This document shows, piece after piece, positions 1 through 14,150 of a DNA stretch of 64,000 bases (position 1 is the stretch's first letter; each line of letters starts with the position of its first letter). The notes below the pieces were generated by a model. It was not told where the DNA came from. It worked only from the letters and a program-made list of their open reading frames with translations, and searched no databases. The DNA is from the human T2T-CHM13v2.0 reference genome, Homo sapiens, in NCBI RefSeq assembly GCF_009914755.1, contig NC_060938.1. The stretch is one strand, 5' to 3'. A program made the position numbers and the translations under genes.

Positions 1-70
1 TGTGACTTGAATGCAAACATCACAAAGAAGTCTCTGAGAATGCTTCTGTCTAGATTTTTTATGAAGAGGT

Positions 71-3000
71 ACCCGTTTCCAACGAAATCCTCAAATCTAT
101 CCAAATATCCACTTGCAGATTCTCCAAAAAGAGTGTTTCAAAACTGCTCTATCAAAAGAAAAGTTCAACTCTTTTAGTTGATTACACACATCACAAAAAA
201 GCTTCTGAGAATGAGTCTGTCTGGTTTTTATGGGAAGATATTTCCTTTTTCACCATAGGCCTCCAATGGCTGTAAATGTCCACTTCCAGATACTACAAAA
301 AGAGTGTTTCAAACCTGCTCTATGACAGGGAATGTTCACGTCTTTGACTTGAATGCAAACATCACAAAGATGTTACTGAGAATGCTTCTGTCTAGATTTT
401 ATATGAAGAAATTCCCGTTTCCAATGAAATCCAATAAGCTATCCAAATATCCACTTGTTGATTCTCCAAAAAGAGTGTTTCAAAACTGCTCTATCAAAAG
501 AAAGGTTCAACTCTGTTTGTTGAGTACACACATCAAAAACAAGTTTCTGACAAAGTTTCTGTCTAGTTTTCATGGGATGATATTTCCTTTTTCACCGTAA
601 GCCTCCAAGCTCTCCAAATGTCCACTTCCACATACTACAAAAAGAATGTTTCAAACCTGCTCTATGAAAGGGAATGTTCAACTCTTTGACTTGAATGGAA
701 ACATCGCAAAGAAGTTTCTGGGAATGCTTCTTTCTAGCTTTTACATGAAGACATTCCCTTTTTAGACGAAATCCTCAAAACTGTCCAAATATCCTCTTGC
801 AGATTCAATAAAAAGTGTGTTTCAAAACTGCTCTATCAAAAGTTTCAACTCTGTTAGTTGAGTGCACACATCACAAAGAAGTTTCTGAGAATCCTTCTGT
901 CTAGTTTTTATTTTAAGATATTTACTTTTTTACGTTAGGCTTCCAAGCCCACAAAATGTCCACTTCCAGATACTACAAAAAGAGTGTTTCAAACCTGCTC
1001 TATGAAAGCAAATGTTCAACTGTGTTACTTGATTCCAAACATCACAAAGAGGTTTCTGAGAATGCTTCTGTCTAGATTTTATATGAAGAGATTCCCATTT
1101 CCAATGAAATCTTCAAATCTATCCAAATATCCACTTGCAGATTCTCCAAAAAGAGTGTTTCAAAACTGCTCTATCAAAAGAAAGGTTCAACTCTGTTAGT
1201 TGAGTACACATATTACAAAGAAGTTCCTGAAAATGCTTCTGCCTAGTTTTTATGGGCAGATATTTCCTTTTTCAGCATACGCCCCCAAGCACTCAAAATG
1301 TCCACTTCCAGATACTACAAAAAGTGTGTTTCAAACCTGCCCTATGAAAGGGAATGTTGAGTTCTGTGACTTGAATGCAAACGTCACAACAATGTTATTG
1401 AGAATGCTTCTGTCTAGATTTTATATGATGATATTCCCGTTTCCAACGAAATCCTCAAAGCTATCCAAATATCCACTTGTGGATGCCCCAAAAAGAGTAT
1501 TTCAAAGCTACTCTATCAAAAGAAAGGTTTAACTCTGTTAGTTGAGTACACACATCACAAACATGTTTCTAACAATGCTTCTGTCTAGTTTTTATGGGAA
1601 GATATTTCCTTTTTCACCATAGGCCTCCAAGCGCTCCAAATGTCCACTTCCACATACTACAAAAAGAGTGTTTCAAACCTGCTCTATGAAAGGGAATGTT
1701 CAACTCTGTGACTTGAATGGAAACATCACAAAGAAGTTTCTGAGAATGTTTTGGTCTAGCTTCTGTATGAAAATATTCCTGTTTCCAAAGAAATCCTCAA
1801 ATCTATCCAAATATCCTCTTGCAGATTCTACAAAATGCGTGTTTCAATACTGCTCTATCGAAAGAAAATTTCATCTCTGTTAGTTGAGTGAACACATCAC
1901 AAAGATTTTTCTGAGAATGCTTCTGTCTTGTTTTTATTGGAAGATAATTGCTTTTTTACCATCGGCTTCCAAGCCCTCCAAATGTCCACTTCCAGATACT
2001 GCAAAAACAGACTTTCAAACCTGCTCTATGAAAGTGAATTTTCAACTCAGTGACTTGAATGCAAACATCACAAAGAAGTTTCTGAGAATGCTTCTGTCTA
2101 TATTTTATATGAAGAGATTCCCGTTTCCAACGAAATCCTCAAAGCTATCCAAATATCGAATTGCAAATTCTACAAAAAGAGTGTTTCAAACCTGCTGTAT
2201 GAAAGGAAAGGTTCATCTCTGTTACTTGAGTGAGCACATCACAAACAGGTTTCTGACAGTGGTTCTCTCTAGTTTTTAAGGAATGATGTTTCTTTTTTCA
2301 CCATAGGCCACAAAGCTCCCCAAGTGACCACTTCCAGATACTACAAAAGGGTGTTTCAAAATGCTCTATGAAAAGGAATGTTCAACTCTGCGACATGAAC
2401 GCAAACATCACAAAGAAGTTTCTGAGAATGCTTCTGACTAGCTTTTATATGAAGATATTCCCGTTTCCAACGAAATCCTCAAAGCTATCCAAATATGCAC
2501 TTGCAGATCCTACAAAAAGAGTGTTTTAAAACTGCTCTATCAAAAGAAAGGTTCCAGTCTGTTAGCTGAGTGCACACATCACAAACAAGTTTCTGAGAAT
2601 GCTTTGGTTTAGTTTTTATTGGAAGATATTTCCTTTTGTACCTTAGGTCTCCAAGCCCTCGGAATGTCCACTTCCAGATACTACAAAAAGAGTGTTTCAA
2701 ACCTGCTCTATGAAAGGGAATGTTCAACTCTGTGACTTGAATGCACACATCACAAATAAGTTACTGAGAATGCTGCTGTCTATATTTTATAAGAAGAGAT
2801 TCCCGTTTCCAAAGAAATCCTCAAATGTATCCAAATATCCACTTGCAGATTCTACAAAAAGAGTGTTTCAAACCTGCTCTATCAAAAGAAAGGTTCAACT
2901 CTGTTAGTTGAGTGCACACATCACAAACAAGTTTCTGACAATGCTTCTGTCTAGTTTTTATGGGAAGATATTTCCTTTTTCATGACATGCCTCCAAGCGC

Positions 3001-5379
3001 TCCACATTTTCACTTCCACATACTACAAAAAGAGTGTTTCAAACCTGCTCTATGAAAGGGAATGTTCACCTCAGTGGCTTGAACGCAAACATCACAAAGA
3101 AGTTTCTGAGAATGCTTCTGTCTAGATTATAAATGGAGAGATTCCCGTTTCCAACGAAATCCTCAAATCTTTGCAAATATCCACTTGTAGATTCTACAAA
3201 AAGAGTGTTTCAAACCTGCTGTATGAAAAGAAATGTTCATCTCTCTTAGTTGAGTGAGTGGGAATATCACAAGTTTCTGAGAGTGCTTTTGTCTAGTTTT
3301 TAAGGAATGATATTTCCATTTTCACCATAGGCCACAAATCGCTCCAAATGTCCATTTCCAGATACGACAAAAGGAGTTTTTGAAACCTGCTCTATGAAAG
3401 GGAATGTTCAACTCTGTGACTTGAATGCAAACATCACAAAGAAGTTTCTGAGAATGCTTCTGTGTAGATTTTTTATGAAGAGATTCCCGTTTCCAACGAA
3501 ATCCTCAAAGCTATCCAAATATCCACTTGCAGATTCTACAAAAAGAGTGTTTCAAAACTGCTCAATCAAAAGAAAGGTTCATCTCTGTTAGGTGAGTGCG
3601 CACATCACAAACAAGTTTCTGATAGTGCTTCTGTCTAATTTTTAAGGGGTGATATTTCCATTTTCACGATAGGCCACAGAGCGCTCCAAATGTCCCCTTC
3701 CAGATAGTACAAAAAGAGTGTTTCAAACATGCTCTATGAAAGGGAATGTTCAACTATGTGACATGAATGCAAACATCACAAAGAAATTTCTGAGAATGCT
3801 TCTGTTTAGATTTTTTTGAAGAGATTCCCGTTTCCAATGAAATCCACAAAGCTATCCGAATATCCACTTGCAGGTTCTACAAAAAGAGTGTTTCAAAACT
3901 GCTCTATAAAAAGAAATGTTCAACTCTGTTAGTTGCGTACACACATCACAAACAAGTTTCTGAGAATGCTTCTGTCTAGTTTTTATGGGAAGATATTTCC
4001 TTTTTCACCATTGTCGTCCAAGCGCTCCAAACTTCCACTTCCAGATACTACAAAAACAGTGTTTCAAACCTGCTCTATGAAAGGAAATGTTCAGGTCTGT
4101 GATTGAATGCAAACATCACAAAGATGTTACTGAGAATACTTCTGTCTAGATTTTATATGAAGAGATTCCGGTTTCCAACGAAATCCTCAAAGCTATCCAA
4201 ATATCCACTTGTGGATTCTCCAAAAGGAGTGTTTCAAAACTGCTCTATCAAAGGAAGGTTCAACTGTGTTAGTTGAGTACACACATTACAAAGGAGTTCC
4301 TGAGAATGCTTCTGTCTAGTTTTTATGGGAAGATATTTCCTTTTTCACCACAGGCCTCCAAGCACTCCAAATGTCCGCTTCCACATACTACAAAAAGAGT
4401 GTTTCAAACCTGCTCTGTGAAAGGGAATGTTCAACTCAGTGACTTGAATGCAAACGTTACAAAGAAGTTTCTGAGAATGCTTCTGTCTAGATTTTTTATG
4501 AAGAGATTCCCGTTTCCAACGAAATCCTCAAAGCTATCCAAATATCCACTTGCAGATTTTACAAAAAGAGTGTTTCAAACCTGCTGCATGAAAAGAAACG
4601 TCCATCTCTGTTAGTTGAGTGGGCACATCCCAAACAAGTTTCTGAGAGTGCTTCTGTCTAGTTTTTAAGGGATGATATTTCCTTTTTCACGGTAGGCCAC
4701 AAAGCACTCCAAATGTACACTTCCACATGGTACAAAAAGAGTGTTTCAAACATGTTCTATGAAAGGGAATGTTCAACTCTGCGACATGAATGAAAACATC
4801 ACAAGGATGTTTCTGAGAATGCTTCTGTGTAGCTTTTATGTGAAGATAATCCCGTTTCCAAAGAAATCCTGAAAGCTGTCCAAATATCCACTTGGAGATT
4901 CTACAAAAAGAGTGTTTCAAAACTGCTGTGTCAAAAGAAATGTTCAACTCTGTTAGTTGAGTGCACACATCATAAACAAGTTTCTGAGAATGCTTCTGTC
5001 TAGTTTTTATTTGAAGATATTTCCTTTTTTATCACTGGCCTCCAAGACCTCCAAATGTCCACTTCCAGATACTACAAAAAGTGTGTTTCAAAACTGCTCT
5101 ATTAAAGGGAATGTTCAACTCTGTGACTTGAATGCAAACATCACAAAGAAGTTTCTGAGAATGCTTCAGTCTAGATTTTATATGAGGAGATTCCCGTTTC
5201 CAACGAAATCCACAAAGGTATCCAAATATCCCTTTCCAGATAGTTCCAAAAGGGTGTTTCAATTGTGCTCTATGAAAGGGAATGTTCAACTCTGTGACTT
5301 GAATGCAAAAATCACAAAGAAGTTTCTGAGAATGCTTCTGTCTATCTTTTATATGAAGAGATTCCCGTTTCCAACGAAA
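71..5379 (-). promoter_or_regulatory. Cluster of intact CENP-B boxes in the SF2-like layer
   Basis: NCCCGNNTNNNNCGAAN (reverse complement of NTTCGNNNNANNCGGGN) is intact at 71, 1435, 2119, 2459, 3143, 3485, 4508, 5192 and 5363. Other B monomers here are mutated, often at a CpG. Confidence 0.85.
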
Positions 5380-6114
5380 TACTCAAAGGTATCCAAATGT
5401 CCACTTGCAGATTCTACAAAAAGAGTGTTTCAAAACTGCTCTATCAAAAGAAAAGTTCAACTCTGTCAGCTGAGTGCACACATAACAAAACTTTCTGAGA
5501 ATCCTTCTGTCTAGTTTTTATTGGAAGTTATTTCCTTTTTTACCATAGACCTCCAAGCCCTCCAAATGTCCACTTCCAGATACTTCAAAAAGAGTTTTTC
5601 CAACCTGCTCTATGAAAGGGAATGTTCAAATCTGTGACTTAAATGCAAACACCACAGAGAAGTTTTTGAGAATGCTTCGGTCTAGATTTTATATGAAGAT
5701 ATTCCCGTTTCCAAAGAAATCCTCAAAGCTATCCAAATATCGAGTTGCAATTTCTACAAAAAGAGTGTTTCAAACCTGCTGTATGAAAAGAAAGGTTCAT
5801 CTCTGTTAGTTGAGTGGGCACATCACAAATAAGTTTCTGAGAGTGCTTCTGTCTAGTTTTTAAGGAATGATATTTCCTTTTTCACCATAGGCCACAAAGC
5901 GCTCCAAATGTCCACTTCCAGATACTACAAAAAGAGTGTTTCAAACATGCTCTATGAAAGGGAATACTCAACTCTGTGACATGAATGCAAACATCACAAA
6001 GAAGTTTCTGAGAATGCTTCTGTCTGGATTTTTTATGAACAGGTTCCCGTTTGCAATGAAATCCTCAAAGCTATCCAAATATCCACTTGCAGATTCTACA
6101 AAAAGAGTGTTTTG

Positions 6115-6133
6115 AAACTGCTCTATCATAACA
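6115..6133 (+). repeat. Left target-site duplication of the L1 insertion (aaactgctctatca[taaca])
   Basis: Matches 12514-12532 (aaactcctctatcaaaaga): 13/14 over the core, 16/19 extended. The alphoid monomer resumes in register after the insertion. Confidence 0.85.
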
Positions 6134-7038
6134 GCGAGGAGCCAAGATGGCCGAATAGGAACAGCTTCAGTCTACAGCTCCCAGCATAAGCAACTCAGAA
6201 GACGGGTGATTTCTGCATTTCCATCTTAGGTACCGGGTTCATCTCCCTAGGAAGTGCCAGAGAGTGGGCGCAGGTCCGTGGGTTCCCGCACCGTGCACGA
6301 GCCCAAGCAGGGCGAGTCATTGCCTCACTTGGGAAGTGCAAGGGTTCAGGGAGTTCCCTTTCTGAGTCAAAGAAAGGGGTGACGGATGGCACCTGGAAAA
6401 TTGGGTCACTCCCACCCGAATACTGAGCTTTTCCGAAGGGCTTAAAAAAGGGTGCACCACGAGATTATATCCCGCACCTGGCTCGGAGGGTCCTACGTCC
6501 ATGGAGTCTCGCTGATTGCTAGCACAGCAGTCTGAGATCAAACTGCAAGGCGGCAGTGAGGCTGGGGGAGGGGCGCCCGCCATTGCCCAGGCTTGATTAG
6601 ATAAACAAAGCAGCCGGGAAGCTGGAACTGAGTGGAGCCCACCACAGCTCAAGGAGGCCTGCCTGCCTCTGTAGGCTCCACCTCTGGGGGCAGGGCACAG
6701 ACAAACAAAAAGACAGCAGTAACCTATGCAGACTTAAATGTCCCTGTCTGACAGATTTGAAGAGAGGAGTGGTTCTCCCAGCATGCAGCTGGAGATCTGA
6801 GAATGGGCAGATTGCCTCCTCAAGTGGGTCCCTGACCCCTGACCCCCAAGCAGCCTAACTGGGAGGCACCCCCCAGCAGGTGTACACTGACACCTCACAT
6901 GGCAGGGTACTCCAACAGACCTGCAGCTGAGTGTCCTCTCTGTAAGAAGGAAAACTAACAAACAGAAAGGACATCCACACCAAAAACCCATCTGTACATC
7001 ACCATCATCAAAGACCAAAAGTAGATAAAACCACAAAG
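6134..7038 (+). promoter_or_regulatory. L1 5'UTR internal sense promoter and antisense promoter region
   Basis: YY1 motif caagatggc at 6143-6151 and SOX/SRY-type aaacaaa motifs at 6603-6609 and 6703-6709. GC-rich relative to the flanks, with many CpGs decayed to TpG/CpA (e.g. agcataagcaactcag for AGCGTGAGCGACGCAG). Confidence 0.85.
6317..6583 (-). CDS. L1 ORF0 (antisense primate-specific ORF), open, 88 aa
   Basis: ATG at 6583 (minus strand) gives MAGAPPPASLPPCSLISDCCASNQRDSMDVGPSEPGAGYNLVV..., the known ORF0 N-terminus. It lies inside track ORF 6317..6652. Expression is not shown. Confidence 0.75.
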   Translation of the reverse strand: MAGAPPPASLPPCSLISDCCASNQRDSMDVGPSEPGAGYNLVVHPFLSPSEKLSIRVGVTQFSRCHPSPLSLTQKGNSLNPCTSQVRQ

Positions 7039-8051
7039 ATGGGGAAAAAACAGAACAGAAAAACTGGAAACTCTAAAAAGCAGAACGCCTCTCCTCCTCC
7101 AAAGGAATGCAGTTCCTCACCAGCAACAGAACAAAGCTGGATGAAGAATGACTTTGACGAGGTGAGAGAAGAAGGCTTCAGAAGATCAAATTACTCTGAG
7201 CTACGGGAGGACATTCAAACCAAAGGCAAAGAAGTTGAAAACTTTGAAAAAAATTTAGAAGAATGTGTATCTAGAATAACCAATACAGAGAAGTGCTTAA
7301 AGGAGCTGATGGAGCTGAAAACCAAGGCTCGAGAACTACATGAAGAATGCAGAAGCCTCAGGAGCAGATGCAATCAACTGGAAGAAAGGGTATCAGCGAT
7401 GGAAGATGAAAGGAATGAAAGGAAGGGAGAAGGGAAGTCTAGAGAAAAAAGAATAAAAAGAAATGAGCAAAGCCTCCAAGAAATATGGGACTATGTGAAA
7501 AGACCAAATCTACATCTGATTGGTGTATCTGAAAGTGATGGGGATAATGGAACCAAGTTGGAAAACACTCTGCAGGATATTATCCAGGAGAAATTCCCCC
7601 ATCTAGCAAGGCAGGCCAACGTTCAGATTCAGGAAATACAGAGAACGCCACAAAAATACTCCTCGAGAAGAGCAACTCCAAGACACGTAATTGTCAGATT
7701 CACCAAATTTGAAATGAAGGAAAAAATGTTAAGGGCAGCCAGAGAGAAAGGTCGGGTTACCCTCAAAGGGAAGCCCATCAGACTAACAGCGGATCTCTCG
7801 GCAGAAACCTTACAAGCCAGAAGAGAGTGGGGGCCAATATTCAACATTCTTAAAGAAAAGAATTTCAACCCAGAGTTTCATATCCAGAAAAACTAAGCTT
7901 CATAAGTGAAGGAGAAATAAAATCCATTACAGACAACCAAAGGCTGAGAGATTTTGTCACCACCAGGCCTGCCTTACAAGAGCTGAAGGAAGCACTAAAC
8001 ATGGAAAGGAACAACCGGTACCAGCCACTGCAAAATCATGCCAAAATGTAA
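7039..8051 (+). pseudogene. L1 ORF1p (RNA-binding chaperone), frameshifted
   Basis: Coiled coil, RRM and ARREW motif are recognisable. A -1 frameshift at ~7863 (aatttcaaccc vs aattttcaaccc) ends the frame at 7896 (285 aa), and there is a 3-bp deletion near 7984. The canonical TAA is at 8049-8051. Confidence 0.92.
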
Positions 8052-8114
8052 AGACCATCAAGACTAGGAAGAAACTGTATCAACTAACGAGCAAAATAAC
8101 CAGCTAACATCATA

Positions 8115-11938
<3,824 letters not shown>

Positions 11939-12163
11939 ACAATGAGATCACATGGACACAGAAAGGGGAATATCACACTCTGGGGAATGTTGTGGGGTGT
12001 GGGGAGGGGGGAGGGATAGCATCGGGAGATATACCTAATGCTAGATGACGAGTTAGTGGGTGCAGCGCACCAGCATGGCACATGTATACATATGTAAATA
12101 ACCTGCACAATGTGCACATTTACCCTAAAACTTAAAGTATAATAAAAAAATAAAAAAATAAAA
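11939..12163 (+). terminator. L1 3'UTR with G-rich tract, poly(A) signal and first, interrupted poly(A) tail
   Basis: G runs at 11983-12015; cctaaaacttaaagtataataaa ending; AATAAA at 12141-12146; A-rich 12145-12163. Confidence 0.88.
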
Positions 12164-12174
12164 CTTAAAAAAAC

Positions 12175-12273
12175 GAAGAAAATATAACAAATAACATGTT
12201 TAACTATATAACAAACCTTCACATGTACCCTCAAACATAAAATAAAAGTTTCAAAAGAAGAAAATATAACAAA
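12175..12273 (+). repeat. Perfect 17-bp direct repeat gaagaaaatataacaaa (12175-12191 and 12257-12273), the TSD of the old L1 fragment
   Basis: Both copies read directly and are identical. Confidence 0.85.
12192..12256 (+). mobile_element. 65-bp extreme 3' end of an older L1 (L1PA12/13-like or related) inside the transduced DNA
   Basis: catgtttaactatataacaaaccttcacatgtaccctcaaacataaaataaaagtt resembles the old L1PA terminus GTTTACCTATGTAACAAACCTTCACATGTACCCCCAAACCTAAAATAAAAGTT (recalled). It is flanked by exact 17-bp direct repeats. Confidence 0.72.
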
Positions 12274-12446
12274 CACATGTGAGATGTGTGTGTATGCATG
12301 TATCTACATGATTATGTATGTATACATATGTGTATACATATATGTATGTATACACATGTGTAGACATGTATATGTATATATACACATGTGTAGACATATA
12401 TATGTATATATACACACATGCAGATACATACATACATATACACGTA
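12274..12446. repeat. Alternating purine/pyrimidine (TA/TG/CA)n low-complexity repeat with ~3 x 30-bp periodicity
   Basis: 12331-12360, 12361-12390 and 12391-12420 are similar 30-mers (tagacatRtatatgtatatatacacatgtg type). Confidence 0.85.
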
Positions 12447-12513
12447 TCTTTGTATGTTCTTGTTTCCATATTTCCTCCTCCTTTATATAAAGGATAGCAT
12501 ATTCTTAAAAAAA

Positions 12514-12532
12514 AAACTCCTCTATCAAAAGA
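12514..12532 (+). repeat. Right target-site duplication of the L1 plus transduction
   Basis: aaactcctctatcaaaaga, continuing into alphoid aaggttcaactctgttagttgag. Confidence 0.85.
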
Positions 12533-14150
12533 AAGGTTCAACTCTGTTAGTTGAGTAAACACATCACAAACAAGTTTCTGACAATACTTCTGTCTAGTTT
12601 TTACGGGAAGATATTTCCTTTTCACCATAGGCCTCCAAGCGCTCCAAATGTCCACTTCCACATACTACAAAAAGAGTGTTTCAAACCTGCTCTATGAAAG
12701 GGAATGTTCAACTCTGTGACTTGAATGCAAACATCACAAAGAAGTTTCTGAGAATGCTTCTGTCTAGATTTTATATGAAGAGATTCCCGTTTCCAATGAA
12801 ATCCTCAAAGCTATCCAAATATCCACTTGCAGATTCTACAAAAAAAGTGTTTCAAGAAGTTTCTGAGATTGCTTCAGTCTAGAATTTTTATGAAGAGACT
12901 CCCGTTTCCAACGAAATCCACAAAGCTATCCAATTATCCACTTGCAGATCCCACAAAAAGAGTGTTTCAAAACTGCTCTATCAAAAGAAAAGTTCATCTC
13001 TGTTAGTTGAGTGCGCACATCACAAAAAAGTTTCTGAGAGTGTTTCTGTCTAGTTTTTAAAGGATGATATTTTCTTTTTCACCATAGGCCTCAAAGCTCT
13101 TCAAATGTCCACTTCCAGATACTACAAAAAGAGTGTTTCAAACATGCTCTATGAAAGGGAATGTTCAACTCAGTGACATGAACGCAAACATCACAAAGAA
13201 GTTTCTGAGAATGCTTCTGTATAGCTTATATATGAAGAGATTCCCCTTTACAACGAAATCCTCAAAGCTATCCAAATATCCTCTTGCAGATTCTACAAAA
13301 AGAGCGTTTCAAAACTGCTCTATCAAAAGAAAGGTTCAAATCTGTTAGTTGAGTACACACATTCCAAAGAAGTTTCTGACAATGCTTCTGTCTAGTTTTC
13401 ATGGGAAGATATTTCCGATTTCAACATAGGCTACCAACTGCTCCAAATGTCCACTTCCAGATACTACAAAAAGAGTTTTTCAAACCTGCTTTATGAAAGG
13501 GAATGTTCAACTCTGTGACTTGAATGCAAACATCACAAAGAAGTTTCTGAGAATGCTTCTGTCTACTTTTTATATGAAGATATTCCCGTTTCCAACAAAA
13601 TCCTGTATGCTATCCAAATATCCACTAGGAGATTCTACAAAAAGAGTGTTTCAAAACTGCTGTATGAAAAGAAATGTTTATCTCTGTTAGTTGAGTGGGC
13701 ACATCTCAAACAAGTTTCTGAGAGTGCTTCTGTCTAGTTTTTAAGGGATGATATTTCCTTTTTCACCATAGGCCTCCAAGCGCTCCAAATGTCCACTTCC
13801 ACAAACTACAAAAAGAGTGTTTCAAACCTGCTCTATGAAAAGGGAATATTCAACTCTGTGACTTGAATGCAAACATCACAAAGAAGTTTCTGAGAATGCT
13901 TCTGTCTAGATTTTATATGAAGAGATTCCCGTTTCCAATGAAATCCTCAAAGCTATCCAAATATCCACTTGCAGATTCTATTAAAAGAGAGTTTCAAACC
14001 TGCTGTTTGAAAAGAAAGGTTCATCTCTGTTAGTTGAGTGCGCACATCACAAACAGTTTCTGTGAGTGCTTCTGTCTAGTTTTTAAGGGATGATATTTCC
14101 TTTTTCACTACAGGCCTCAAATCGCTCCAAATGTCCACTTTTAGATAGTA
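12514..14150 (-). repeat. Alpha satellite, SF2-like A/B dimeric array, right of the L1
   Basis: Same diagnostics as 1-6133 (ctgttagttgag, ctgtgacttgaa, aaatcctcaaagctatcc). They disappear after ~14150. Confidence 0.88.

Larger units (their letters stand above)
1..6133 (-). repeat. Alpha satellite, SF2-like (D1/D2 or archaic SF02) divergent A/B dimeric array, left of the L1
   Basis: ~171-bp tandem monomers alternate between a B-type monomer (tcccgtttccaacgaaatcctcaaagctatcc...ctgttagttgag) and an A-type monomer (tttcctttttcaccatagg...ccagatactac...ctgtgacttgaatgcaaac). These match the reverse complement of D1/D2 consensus features as I recall them. The family label is an inference. Confidence 0.9.
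12164..12516 (+). other. L1-mediated 3' transduction (~340 bp non-alphoid DNA plus second poly(A))
   Basis: Non-satellite sequence lies between the L1 tail and an A10 run (12507-12516) that overlaps the right TSD. A variant signal TATAAA at 12486-12491 sits 15 nt upstream of the A run. Confidence 0.85.
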
